NCBI GenBank assembly: GCA_040005515.1
Contig: JBDTYQ010000001.1
Span: forward strand, 14,793 to 78,792
Reading direction: 5' to 3'
Source: a bacterium
Lineage (GTDB): Bacteria; Acidobacteriota; Blastocatellia; Pyrinomonadales; Pyrinomonadaceae
DNA length: 64,000 nucleotides
Notes under the pieces: generated by a model
What the model saw: the letters and a program-made list of their open reading frames with translations, nothing else
What the model was told of the DNA's origin: nothing
The model's database searches: none
Part shown: piece by piece, positions 20,323-29,445 of the stretch
How positions within the stretch are numbered: the first letter of the stretch is position 1
Layout of the letters: each line of letters opens with the position of its first letter
Position numbers and translations under genes: made by a program

Positions 20323-21201
20323 TCAGTTCGCGTTGCTGATGTTTACCAGCAAGCTGAAGTCAAAGACTCTAGCCGAGTGCGTTAGTTCGCCGACGGAGAT
20401 GAAATCCACTCCCGTTTCGGCGATGGCGCGAACGGTTTGAAGGCTGATGTTTCCCGATGCCTCCAACTTTGCGCGACCGGCTGCCAGTCGTACAGCCTCT
20501 TTCATTAATTCAACACTCATGTTGTCGAGTAGGATGCGAGGTACTCCAACCGCGATTGCTTCCTTCACGTCTTCAAGTGATCTTGTCTCCACTTCGATTT
20601 CCAGATTCGTGCCGCCGTCGCGCGCCAGTGCGACTGCTCTTGCCAATGACCCGGCATGATCGATGTGATTGTCCTTGATTAAGATCATGTCGTATAGCCC
20701 AACGCGGTGATTATGGCCACCGCCCATTCGAACGGCGAGCTTATCAAGCAGGCGCAGTCCGGGAGCGGTTTTGCGAGTGTCGAGAATCTTTGCTTCGGTG
20801 CCGGCAATCATATCAACAAACTGACGAGTGAGCGTGGCGATTCCAGACATGCGACCCAGGAAATTGAGCGCGGTGCGCTCCGCAGTGAGTACAGAACGGG
20901 CGGAGCCTGAAAGCTTCGCTACGACGCTCCCCTTTTCAACTTTGGAGCCTTCCTGTGACTGAGCCTGGAACAAGATGTTGGGATCGAGCGAGTGAAAGAC
21001 TCCCGCTGCGATATCGAGCCCGGCGATGACACCATTCTGTTTAGCAATAATCTGACAGCTGATTGATGCCTGTGCCGATATGATGGAATTCGTGGTCGCA
21101 TCGCCAGCGCCGATGTCTTCGGCGAGTGCCTGCTTTATGCAGGCATCGATTTCGGGAGAGAGAATTGCGTTTATTGTGGCCTTAGTTTGAACTTCGCTCA
21201 T
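20323..21201 (-). CDS. nadC: Nicotinate-nucleotide diphosphorylase (quinolinate phosphoribosyltransferase)
   Basis: DATT, TAERTALNFL, ILDTRKTAPGLR, GGGHNHR, LIKDNH and EASGNI motifs of NadC. First gene of a nadC-nadA-nadB operon. Confidence 0.93.
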   Translation of the reverse strand: MSEVQTKATINAILSPEIDACIKQALAEDIGAGDATTNSIISAQASISCQIIAKQNGVIAGLDIAAGVFHSLDPNILFQAQSQEGSKVEKGSVVAKLSGSARSVLTAERTALNFLGRMSGIATLTRQFVDMIAGTEAKILDTRKTAPGLRLLDKLAVRMGGGHNHRVGLYDMILIKDNHIDHAGSLARAVALARDGGTNLEIEVETRSLEDVKEAIAVGVPRILLDNMSVELMKEAVRLAAGRAKLEASGNISLQTVRAIAETGVDFISVGELTHSARVFDFSLLVNISNAN

Positions 21202-21450
21202 CGTAATGTGGAGTTTACCTCGTGGGAAACGAAGCTGCCACCTGCAACGAAGCAGAACCTGCAGGAACCGATCCCTTGTTTCCCTGGCGTGGGCCGGCGC
21301 ATTTCGTGCGACCTCTATGGCAGATCTGCTCAGAAAAAGCGGCTTTCAAAATTCCGCTGGCATCTCTCCGGCTCGATTTGTTAGGATATAACCGCCCGTC
21401 GGGTCACTTCATCACCCTCCGGTTCCTCCTGAAGCATTACCTCTTGATAA

Positions 21451-23007
21451 ATGTCTAACGGCAACACAAACACTCTGCTGCGCGATCCTGACGGAGATGC
21501 TCTGTCTGTCAACGCGTTGCCCGCCGACCTCTTTGCCGCAGTCTCGGATGCCTTTCCGGATGGCATTTATGCCTTTGACCAGCACGGACGTCTCACTACA
21601 GCAAACCGTATCGGGACGTTGTTGCAGGACCGCAATGCCGGACCACTCATTGGCAAGAGTTGTTGTGAGATGTTCTGGCGCGAGCCCGGCTCCGAGAACT
21701 GCGTCGTCGATCGTGCCTTAAAGACTGGCGAACGAGTCGTCGTTGAAATCCTGACCGGCGATACTTTCAGAAAACCTATTCGCGTAATCGTGCAGCCGAG
21801 TCCGCGGGAACAGTCGGGAATGCTGAGCGCGATCGTCATCGCGACAGACATTTCCGAAGTGCGCCGCGCCGAGGCGGACGCGTTGGCACAGCGCTCGTTC
21901 ATGGCAAACATCGCCGACCGCAGTCCCGACGAAATCTATGCACTCGACAAGGATGGCCGCATCACGTGGATGAATGAGCGTGGCGAAGCTGATAACTACT
22001 TCATGTTGTCCGGCCGCTATTTTGTCGAATTCATTGCTGAGGAATCTCGCGACCTTGCCGCCAATAGTTTAAAACGAGCGCTGTTGGGCGAAGAGATCGA
22101 ATATGAGATGCGCGCCACACGCGTCGACGGCGCGGTCCGCCAAGTGGAAGCGCATACGTCGCCTCTCTGGAAAGATAACGATGTAACTGGGGTACTGGTA
22201 TTTCTTCGCGATGTTACCGAACGCCGGCGCACGCAGGAACTTGCAGCGCAGTCGGACAAGTTGCGCGCGGTTGGCGAACTGGCAGCAGGCGTTGCCCACA
22301 ATATAAATAATTCACTGACTGTGATTCAGGGAAGGGCCCAACTCTTGATGATGCGGACCTCTGACGAAGCAGTCGTGAAGAGTTTGAAGATCATTACTAA
22401 CGCAGTGGAGGAAGGGGCCCAGACCCTTCGTCGCATTCTTGATTTTGCTCGCCGCGAGTCGGCCCGCGAATTCAGTCCAGTTGATCTTGCTGACTTGTTG
22501 GTCTCCAGCATCGAGATCGCTCGGCCCAAGTGGCAAAGCAAGGGTGCCAAGTCCCAGGTCGAAGTAAAGATGGTGTGCGACGAACCAGTTTGGGTCTTGG
22601 GAGAGTTGGCTGAGTTGCGCGAGGTGGTCTTGAATCTTCTATTCAATGCTGTTGATGCGATGCCGGAAGGCGGGATCATGGAGGTGGGAGCCAGGGCCGA
22701 ACTCGACAGTGGATGTTTCTGGGTTGCGGATACTGGAACCGGCATTGCCCCTCAAGTTTCCGCGCGTATCTTCGAACCGTTCTTCACTACTAAGGGAAAG
22801 AATGGCACCGGATTGGGTCTCTCTGCTTCGCACGGAATCATTACGAGGCACAACGGGAAAATTGTGGTTGCCAGTGAACCCGGTCAAGGGACACGGTTTG
22901 AGGTAATGCTACCGACCTGCGAGAAGGGTTCCCACTTCATTAAGAACTCTGGATCGCGTGACACCGAGACATCCGACGCAGAGCGCGAGACTGTCGCTTC
23001 AGCCTAA
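21451..23007 (+). CDS. PAS-domain sensor histidine kinase (soluble)
   Basis: Two PAS-like modules. H-box LAAGVAHNINNSL, N-box NLLFNAVDAMPEGG, G-boxes DTGTGI and GTGLGLS. No obvious TM segment. Confidence 0.85.
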   Translation: MSNGNTNTLLRDPDGDALSVNALPADLFAAVSDAFPDGIYAFDQHGRLTTANRIGTLLQDRNAGPLIGKSCCEMFWREPGSENCVVDRALKTGERVVVEILTGDTFRKPIRVIVQPSPREQSGMLSAIVIATDISEVRRAEADALAQRSFMANIADRSPDEIYALDKDGRITWMNERGEADNYFMLSGRYFVEFIAEESRDLAANSLKRALLGEEIEYEMRATRVDGAVRQVEAHTSPLWKDNDVTGVLVFLRDVTERRRTQELAAQSDKLRAVGELAAGVAHNINNSLTVIQGRAQLLMMRTSDEAVVKSLKIITNAVEEGAQTLRRILDFARRESAREFSPVDLADLLVSSIEIARPKWQSKGAKSQVEVKMVCDEPVWVLGELAELREVVLNLLFNAVDAMPEGGIMEVGARAELDSGCFWVADTGTGIAPQVSARIFEPFFTTKGKNGTGLGLSASHGIITRHNGKIVVASEPGQGTRFEVMLPTCEKGSHFIKNSGSRDTETSDAERETVASA

Positions 23008-23261
23008 TGCGCACCGCGCCGCGTTGTCCGAAGTCCACGCACATCACAGTTCCCGAAGCGTACAGTTACCCTTCAATCGCACTGACCGTCGCTGGTTTTA
23101 AGTAATAACCCGCCTCAATAACCCCCACATCTCAACCGTTTCGGTCCGCCCGTTCACGTCTCTGATTCGGGAATACTGATTGCTCTTGGCTTTATCGCCG
23201 AAGGCAAGCGCACACATATCGTCTGCGAGCCTCATCGGTGCCAACACCAGGAGGTTTTGAC

Positions 23262-23474
23262 ATGGGTTTACCAAATAAGGATGAAATTGCGGGCAAGTTG
23301 GATCAGGCCAAAGGCGGTATCAAGGAAGGAGTCGGTAAGGCGCTCAATGATCGCGAGCTGGAAGACGAAGGAACGGCCGATCGTGCGAGCGGAAATGTCC
23401 AGGAAGGCTGGGGCACCGCCAAGCGGAAAGTCGGCGAGACTGTAAACGACATCGGCGACGCTATCAAGCGATAA
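23262..23474 (+). CDS. CsbD-family general stress protein
   Basis: AGGAGG SD 7 nt before the ATG at 23262. Characteristic CsbD repeats (KGGIKEGVGKALND..LEDEG..D..SGNVQEGWG.AK.KVGE). Confidence 0.85.
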   Translation: MGLPNKDEIAGKLDQAKGGIKEGVGKALNDRELEDEGTADRASGNVQEGWGTAKRKVGETVNDIGDAIKR

Positions 23475-23497
23475 CGTTTTCACCTCAGAATAAACGA

Positions 23498-23535
23498 GGA
23501 CCTGTGGCGAGCATTCACCACAGGTCCTTTTATTT
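23498..23535 (+). terminator. Rho-independent terminator after the CsbD-family gene
   Basis: 11-bp stem AGGACCTGTGG / CCACAGGTCCT with an 8-nt loop, followed by TTTTATTT. Confidence 0.8.
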
Positions 23536-23658
23536 GAAGCAAGCTTGAGGCAACGCCGTGACCTTGCGGCTTAGGACAAGCATCCCTGCCTGTTCCGGTT
23601 AAGTGGGCATTACAAAGTTTGAAGAGAGCTCGAAAGAGATCTTACCTTTGCGAGCGCG

Positions 23659-24165
23659 TTACTCAGCGCGGACGTGCTGCGCACCAATGTCCTCGAGCAA
23701 CTTCTCGAGCTTGTCACTCTCATCGTCCGACCGAGCTTCAACGCCCAGAAGAATTCCACCTTCGCGTAAGCCCGACTCGTAAACGCGCGCGCGATATTCA
23801 GGAATGCCGGCGCCGATTAGAGCTCCAATTACACCGCCCGTAACGCCGCCTGCTCCCGCTCCCGCCAGTGCTGCCGCAATCGGACCGGCGATCACGAGGT
23901 TCAATCCAGGTAAAAGGATCGTGCTGCCGACAGCGACAACTGCAGCCAGCACCGCGCCAACCGCGCCGCCAAGGGCTCCGCCGATTCCAGCTCCATCTGC
24001 CGCATGCGTTTTCGCCTGTACCGCAAACTCCTTCGTGCGTGTTGCATCAGACATCAGCACACTGATGTCGTCTCGTGTATAGCCTCGTTTGAGTAGCGCG
24101 TCTACTGCCGCTTCGGCGGCCACCTTGTTCTTAAACAATCCCGTAATTAGTGTTCCTTTTGCCAT
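23659..24165 (-). CDS. YflT/GSP17M-like stress protein with glycine-zipper membrane segments
   Basis: SD GGAGGAG. N-terminal FKNKVAAEAAVDALLKRGYTRDDISV resembles the general-stress-protein-17M-like domain. Central Gly/Ala-rich zipper (GAGIGGALGGAVGAVLAAVVAVG ... GAGAGGVTGGVIGALIGAG). Confidence 0.6.
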   Translation of the reverse strand: MAKGTLITGLFKNKVAAEAAVDALLKRGYTRDDISVLMSDATRTKEFAVQAKTHAADGAGIGGALGGAVGAVLAAVVAVGSTILLPGLNLVIAGPIAAALAGAGAGGVTGGVIGALIGAGIPEYRARVYESGLREGGILLGVEARSDDESDKLEKLLEDIGAQHVRAE

Positions 24166-24472
24166 GAATCTCCTCCTATCAAACCGCAGATTTTAAACAC
24201 GTCCTTGCTTGAGTACACTCTTCAGGCGCAACATGCGTGCCGACTCGTTTCCTGTCTAAATCTGCGCTTTAAGTTCACCGAGTCACGTCTAATATGCGGT
24301 TACGAAACACACAGCTCAAGGTCTGTTTGGCTTCGATACGCACTACCGAAGCACGAGTCATGCACAGTTTCTAACCGAACCCGGCTTGAAGTGTTGTAAT
24401 GTGACTGCACTCGGCGATTAGACCAGCTAGCGCTTCAGCTCGGCATATTTTGAGCGGCATCAATCGTTTGCT

Positions 24473-25594
24473 TTGAAGATTCTTCACATCAGTTCGGCGA
24501 AATCATTTGGCGGCGGTGAGCGGTACCTGGCGGACCTCGTGAATGCTCTTGCTGCCCGCGGCGATGAGGTGTATGTGGCGGTGCGTCCAGGTTCACCAGT
24601 CCCGACTGAGCTTAAGCTGCCGCCCGAAAATCTTTTAGAGATCCCGCTTCGCAATGCGCTCGACGCAAAGAGTGCGAGCGCGCTCTTCAGGTTTGTAAAG
24701 CAGCGAAAGATCCAGATAGTCCATGCCCACATGGCGCGCGACTATCCGCTTGCTGCTTACGCGGCTCGTCGTAACAAGGCGACACGTCTAATCGTCACGC
24801 GCCACGTGCTGTTTCCGCTCAACCGTTTGCATGCAATCACGCTCCGGGGAGTTGGGAGAGTTATCGCCGTTTCAGCAGCGGTGGCTCGTCACCTGCAGGC
24901 GCAGAGATTGATACCGGAAAATCGGATCACCGTGGTCAACAACGGGATTGATCTGGAGCGAGTTGCATCGGCTCGAAGCCGATTCGATCGCGACGCGTTT
25001 CTCAGCCGTTGGGATCTCCCGGAGAAGAGCTTACTGATCGGAAGCGTAGGCGCACTGACTCCTTTGAAGGGCCATGACGACTTCCTGCGGGCCGCATCAT
25101 TGATCAAGGGCAGCTTTCCGCATGCGTTCTTCATCATCGCTGGAACCGACAGCTCACCCAACCAGTCCCATCGCATTCAGCTAGAGCGGATGATTACTGA
25201 ACTTGGTCTGGTGGAGAACATTCGCATGATCGGCTGGATGGATGATTTGGCTTCGCTCTTCTGCGCCCTTGATGTTTTTGTTTCCGCATCGCATACAGAA
25301 TCGTTCGGGCTCGCGATTGTGGAAGCGATGGTCGCGGGTGCAGCAGTTGTCACCACTGCTACGGAGGGTGCTAAGGAAATAATTCAGGACGGTGAAACTG
25401 GAATGCTCGTTCCGATAGGAGATTTCCGCGCCCTGGCTGAAGCGGTGAATGCGTTAGTCAGTGACGATTCAAAGCGTGAGCACCTCTGTTTACAGGCGCA
25501 GCGGGCAGCGACGTCGAGATTTAGTCTCGAACGCATGGTCGAAGAAACTGCTAGAATTTATTCCGAGGTCTTGAAAGGATCGGTAGAGAACTGA
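24473..25594 (+). CDS. GT-B fold glycosyltransferase (GT4-like)
   Basis: N-terminal KILHISSAKSFGGGERY. C-terminal sugar-nucleotide binding region with SHTESFGLAIVEAMVAGAAVV (E-x7-E-like). TTG start. Confidence 0.85.
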   Translation: MKILHISSAKSFGGGERYLADLVNALAARGDEVYVAVRPGSPVPTELKLPPENLLEIPLRNALDAKSASALFRFVKQRKIQIVHAHMARDYPLAAYAARRNKATRLIVTRHVLFPLNRLHAITLRGVGRVIAVSAAVARHLQAQRLIPENRITVVNNGIDLERVASARSRFDRDAFLSRWDLPEKSLLIGSVGALTPLKGHDDFLRAASLIKGSFPHAFFIIAGTDSSPNQSHRIQLERMITELGLVENIRMIGWMDDLASLFCALDVFVSASHTESFGLAIVEAMVAGAAVVTTATEGAKEIIQDGETGMLVPIGDFRALAEAVNALVSDDSKREHLCLQAQRAATSRFSLERMVEETARIYSEVLKGSVEN

Positions 25595-25595
25595 A

Positions 25596-25919
25596 CTAAA
25601 GCCTGTCAATCTTGGCGGCAAGAATGAAGTCACTTTCTGTTAGGCCGTCGATCTTGTGGGTCCAAATCGTGATCTCGGCACGCCCCCATCCAAAACATAT
25701 GTCCGGATGATGACCTTGCTCTTCGGCAAGAACGCCAACTCGATTCACAAAGGTTTGCGCCTCGAGAAAATTTGCGAACTTGTACGTCTTACTAAGGTGA
25801 TGCTCACTTACTACTGACCACCCCTGAAGCTCCGACAGAAGCTTCGTGATCTCCTCACCCTTGAGCGGTGGCACGCCTCCGCGACAGGGAACGCACTCGC
25901 GACTCGCCAGTTCACTCAT
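25596..25919 (-). CDS. 4a-hydroxytetrahydrobiopterin (pterin-4-alpha-carbinolamine) dehydratase
   Basis: About 107 aa. Conserved C.PC......L, W......L.K.Y.F..F and the EEQGHHPDI motif. Confidence 0.9.
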   Translation of the reverse strand: MSELASRECVPCRGGVPPLKGEEITKLLSELQGWSVVSEHHLSKTYKFANFLEAQTFVNRVGVLAEEQGHHPDICFGWGRAEITIWTHKIDGLTESDFILAAKIDRL

Positions 25920-26392
25920 ACTATCTCCGTAGCCGCAGCCATCTTTTTCAAAATTGCGATTTGTCCGGCGTGATAAAGATCGTGCTGGACGGCGCCGTGA
26001 AGCGTTGCATAAACCGAAGTCATCCCTTGCAGGATTGGCTCATCAAGCCGCGCATCTTCGACGCGAGTGATTGCTTCTTGAAGTCTATGATGACCTTCGC
26101 GCAGCTCAGTCTTCGTCCTTTCCCACGCTTCATTTCCGTCCTGACTGACTGCTGGCCAGTCTTCTTCCGTTGGGAGTTCTGCGCGATCGCCCGACAGTCT
26201 GCGCGCACAGGCTCCTTCCCAGGCCGCAATGTGCAGGACGATTTCCCAGATGCTATGCGCGCTCGCAACGGGACGAGTGGCGGCCTGCTCGGCCGTTATT
26301 CCATTAAGGACTTCCAGAACGCTTGGGCCGTGCCACGCGTCTCCTGCAAAAGCGCGTCTTAATTGATCCTGAATTCTCTCGACTTCTCTCAT
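25916..26392 (-). CDS. DinB-family (four-helix bundle, metal-binding) protein
   Basis: DinB-like pattern with conserved His positions (AWHGPS..., SIWEIVLHIAAWE, HDLYHAGQI). 4-nt overlaps with both neighbours. Confidence 0.8.
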   Translation of the reverse strand: MREVERIQDQLRRAFAGDAWHGPSVLEVLNGITAEQAATRPVASAHSIWEIVLHIAAWEGACARRLSGDRAELPTEEDWPAVSQDGNEAWERTKTELREGHHRLQEAITRVEDARLDEPILQGMTSVYATLHGAVQHDLYHAGQIAILKKMAAATEIV

Positions 26393-26628
26393 ACAGTGTT
26401 TTGCCTTGGGCTATCGTTTAAGTCTTCAAGTTGTGCACGCAGCGCTTCACGGTCTGCATAAAGGGTAGCGAGCGGGCCAGGCAAGGCAACATTCTCTACC
26501 TGCTCCGGCTCAAAACCACGCTCGCGTAGTTCTCGCTCGAAAATCTCATCCATCGCGCGGAGTCGATCCTCAAGTGCCTCACGTTTTTGATTCTCTGCCA
26601 TCTGAACGCTTGGTATTGCCTCTGTCAT
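26389..26628 (-). CDS. Hypothetical small acidic coiled-coil protein
   Basis: 79-aa ORF with a 4-nt ATGA overlap onto the DinB-family gene, which suggests translational coupling. No recognisable motif. Confidence 0.5.
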   Translation of the reverse strand: MTEAIPSVQMAENQKREALEDRLRAMDEIFERELRERGFEPEQVENVALPGPLATLYADREALRAQLEDLNDSPRQNTV

Positions 26629-26826
26629 TCCATGAGCAGCGCGACTAATTAGATAATTCTACACTGAGTTCAGGAGCCATCTCCATCTGCGAATCTCACG
26701 GCTTGCTAAGATCGCTCGTGAGCGTTTAGTCTAACCGCAAGCCTTAAGCAATCAAGTCAAATAGTATCAGGCAGTGTGCTGGCCAAGTCATGCACGCCTG
26801 ATTGTCTGACCTCGAAGGAGGAATCG

Positions 26827-28053
26827 TTGGCAGTCATTCATCCTTTCAGTGCCTTGCGTCCACCCGCTGATCGGGCCCAGCAGGTTTCCAGTGTTCCGTA
26901 TGACGTGGTGAATACAGAAGAAGCGCGCGAACTCGCTGCCGGCAATCCTCTGAGTTTTCTCCACGTCTCACGGCCGGAAATCGATCTTCCTGCCGGCACT
27001 GATCTCTATAGCGATGCCGTTTATCGCAAGGCCCTCGACAATTTTCAGGAGTTGATTAAAAGCTGTCCCCTTGAGACCGAGAGTCTTCCCAGTCTCTATC
27101 TGTACCGATTGATCATGGACGATCAGGAACAGATTGGTGTAGTCGCATGTTGTTCGGTGGATGAATATGATCAGGACTTGATTCGCAAGCATGAACGCAC
27201 GCGCCGAGACAAAGAAGACGATCGCACACGTCACATGCTGGTACTGCAAGCGCAGACTGGCCCGGTCTTTCTAACCTACCGCGCACAACGTGAGATCGAC
27301 ACGATGGTGATGGAGACGACGATGTCGAGCGCCTTGTACGATTTCACCGCCGCGGATGGAATTCAACATACCATCTGGCGTGTGCCCGATCCGGTGCGCT
27401 TCGTTCACGCCTTTCGCGAGGTTTCATATCTGTATATCGCTGACGGTCATCACCGCGCGGCGAGTGCCAGCAGGGCGCGAGCGGATCTGCAACAGCAGAG
27501 CGTTGGACACACTGGGGACGAAGAGTACAACTTCTTCCTCGCAGTCATCTTCCCGGACGAGCAATTGCGCATCCTTCCCTACAACCGTGTCGTGAAGGAC
27601 TTGAACGGGCTGTCGCAGGACGAGTTTCTCGCCAACGTAGGAAAGGTTTTCGCAGTGACGGAAAATGCCGCAGCGGAACCAGCTTCACCGGCGAATTGGA
27701 GCATGTATCTGGATGGCCGGTGGTATGGCCTCGGCTTGCCTGCCGGCGCAGAGCGGCCGACGGGGATTGTTGACTCGCTCGACGTGGCGATTCTTCAGGA
27801 CCGTTTGCTCGATCCGATTCTCGCGATCAAGGATGTCCGTACTGACAAGCGCATCGACTTTGTGGGCGGACTGAGAGGGACGAAAGAGCTCGAGAGATTA
27901 GTGAACGAAGGAAAGGGTAAAGTTGCGTTTTCACTGCACCCTACAACGGTAGACGATCTGCTGCGCGTTTCTGACGCAGGCGAGATCATGCCGCCTAAGT
28001 CCACCTGGTTTGAACCGAAGCTGCGGGATGGGCTGTTGATACACCAGGTATGA
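26827..28053 (+). CDS. DUF1015 family protein
   Basis: The family-typical N-terminus (VIHPFSALRPP......VSSVPYDVV..EEA) starts right after a TTG at 26827, which is preceded by AAGGAGG with a 5-nt spacer. The track's 26776 start is probably too far upstream. Confidence 0.85.
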   Translation: MAVIHPFSALRPPADRAQQVSSVPYDVVNTEEARELAAGNPLSFLHVSRPEIDLPAGTDLYSDAVYRKALDNFQELIKSCPLETESLPSLYLYRLIMDDQEQIGVVACCSVDEYDQDLIRKHERTRRDKEDDRTRHMLVLQAQTGPVFLTYRAQREIDTMVMETTMSSALYDFTAADGIQHTIWRVPDPVRFVHAFREVSYLYIADGHHRAASASRARADLQQQSVGHTGDEEYNFFLAVIFPDEQLRILPYNRVVKDLNGLSQDEFLANVGKVFAVTENAAAEPASPANWSMYLDGRWYGLGLPAGAERPTGIVDSLDVAILQDRLLDPILAIKDVRTDKRIDFVGGLRGTKELERLVNEGKGKVAFSLHPTTVDDLLRVSDAGEIMPPKSTWFEPKLRDGLLIHQV

Positions 28054-28086
28054 TTGCGGATTGGCGATTGAAGATTGCTGATTAGC
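28052..28086. repeat. Tandem heptanucleotide array GATTNNN x5
   Basis: GATTGCG GATTGGC GATTGAA GATTGCT GATTAGC, beginning inside the DUF1015 stop codon. Confidence 0.8.
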
Positions 28087-28142
28087 GCATCATGAAGGTT
28101 GCACACAAGATAACTACCTCCCGTGGTGCTAGTTGAAACCGT

Positions 28143-28205
28143 CGATTGGAGATTGGAAATCGGCCAATCCCATATGGAAATTAAAATCAGCAATCTAAAA
28201 TCGAA
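28143..28205. repeat. Degenerate heptanucleotide array (NGATTGG / AATCNNN), partly inverted relative to 28052-28086
   Basis: CGATTGG AGATTGG AAATCGG CCAATCC CATATGG AAATTAA AATCAGC AATCTAA AATCGAA, ending 2 nt before the serA ATG. The reverse complement of AATCAGCAATC equals GATTGCTGATT in the first array. Confidence 0.7.
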
Positions 28206-28207
28206 GC

Positions 28208-29413
28208 ATGCTTGTCTTAATAGCTGACAAATTCGAACAGTCCGGCAGGGATGGCTTGCAGGCCCTCGGCTGCGAAACCTCGTATCAGCCGGATCTGAAA
28301 GACGACGCCCTGGCTAAAGCAATCGGCGAACAGTCGCCTGATGTTCTGGTTGTGCGCGGGACGAAAGTGACTGAGCCCATGCTTGATGCGGGTTCCGTCA
28401 AACTAGTCGTGCGGGCCGGCGCCGGCTACAACACGATCGACGTGGCTGCGGCTTCACGCCGGGGCATTTACGTTTCTAATTGTCCGGGAAAGAATTCGAT
28501 TGCGGTGGCTGAGCTGGCCTTCGCACTGATCCTCGCCCTTGATCGCCGAATCGCAGACAACGTGATCACACTGCGACGCGGTGAGTGGAACAAGAAGGAG
28601 TTTTCAAAAGCACGGGGCTTGTTCGGACGCACTCTTGGTCTAATCGGAGTCGGAAAGATCGGGCAAGAGATGATTCCTCGTGCAAATGCTTTTGGAATGC
28701 CGGTGATTGCGTGGAGTCGTAGCCTTACTCCTGAACGCGCGGAACAAATGGGTGTCGCGTACAGAGCGGATCCGCTAGACGTCGCCCGTGAGAGCGATGT
28801 CGTCAGTTTGCATCTGGCCCTGAATGCAGACACGAAGGGAATGATTGATTCGACGTTTCTCGCCGCGATGCGCGAAGGCTCCTACCTCATCAACACCGCT
28901 CGGGGGGAAGTAGTGGATCAAACCGCGCTCATCGAAGCGATGAAGACACGCGGTATTCGCGCCGGCCTCGATGTATTCGCCGCCGAGCCAACTTCAGGGA
29001 CAGCAGAGTTCACGGATCCGATTCGAGAAGAAACTAATCTGTATGGCACTCATCACATCGGCGCTTCTACGGACCAGGCGCAGGAAGCGATCGCCGCGGA
29101 GACGGTACGTATCATTCGGGAGTTTAAGGAAACAGGAAAGGTGCCCAACGTAGTCAACCTGGCGCGCCAGACTCCTGCGACACACAGGCTCGTGGTGCGT
29201 CATCAAGATCGACCGGGAGTACTTGCTGGTGTGCTGGATGCTATCAAGGCTGAACATATCAACGTGCAGGAGATGGAGAACATCGTCTTCGAGGGCGCCG
29301 AGGCAGCTGTCGCGCGAATCAACCTGGACAAAGCTCCTGGCGAGGCCACGCTTAATCGCCTGCGCACCGACAATGCCGACATCATTGAACTCAATGTGCT
29401 GGAACTGAATTGA
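28208..29413 (+). CDS. serA: D-3-phosphoglycerate dehydrogenase-type 2-hydroxyacid dehydrogenase with C-terminal ACT domain
   Basis: NAD-binding GLIGVGKIGQEM, catalytic-domain motifs (NTARGEVVD, HIGAST) and an ACT-like C-terminus (LVVRHQDRPGVLAGVLDAIKAEHINVQEM). serC lies two genes downstream. Confidence 0.8.
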   Translation: MLVLIADKFEQSGRDGLQALGCETSYQPDLKDDALAKAIGEQSPDVLVVRGTKVTEPMLDAGSVKLVVRAGAGYNTIDVAAASRRGIYVSNCPGKNSIAVAELAFALILALDRRIADNVITLRRGEWNKKEFSKARGLFGRTLGLIGVGKIGQEMIPRANAFGMPVIAWSRSLTPERAEQMGVAYRADPLDVARESDVVSLHLALNADTKGMIDSTFLAAMREGSYLINTARGEVVDQTALIEAMKTRGIRAGLDVFAAEPTSGTAEFTDPIREETNLYGTHHIGASTDQAQEAIAAETVRIIREFKETGKVPNVVNLARQTPATHRLVVRHQDRPGVLAGVLDAIKAEHINVQEMENIVFEGAEAAVARINLDKAPGEATLNRLRTDNADIIELNVLELN

Positions 29414-29445
29414 CGGGCGAAGAAGCGGCGGCCGAATTTTAGTTC

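Noticed and set aside
25592-25598. Convergent glycosyltransferase and pterin dehydratase genes end 1 nt apart, with no terminator.
   Set aside because: This is real but ordinary tight packing. No additional signal was seen.
28052-28205. Repeat arrays considered as a possible CRISPR locus.
   Set aside because: The units are 7-8 nt with no spacers of unique sequence. No cas genes are present in the window.
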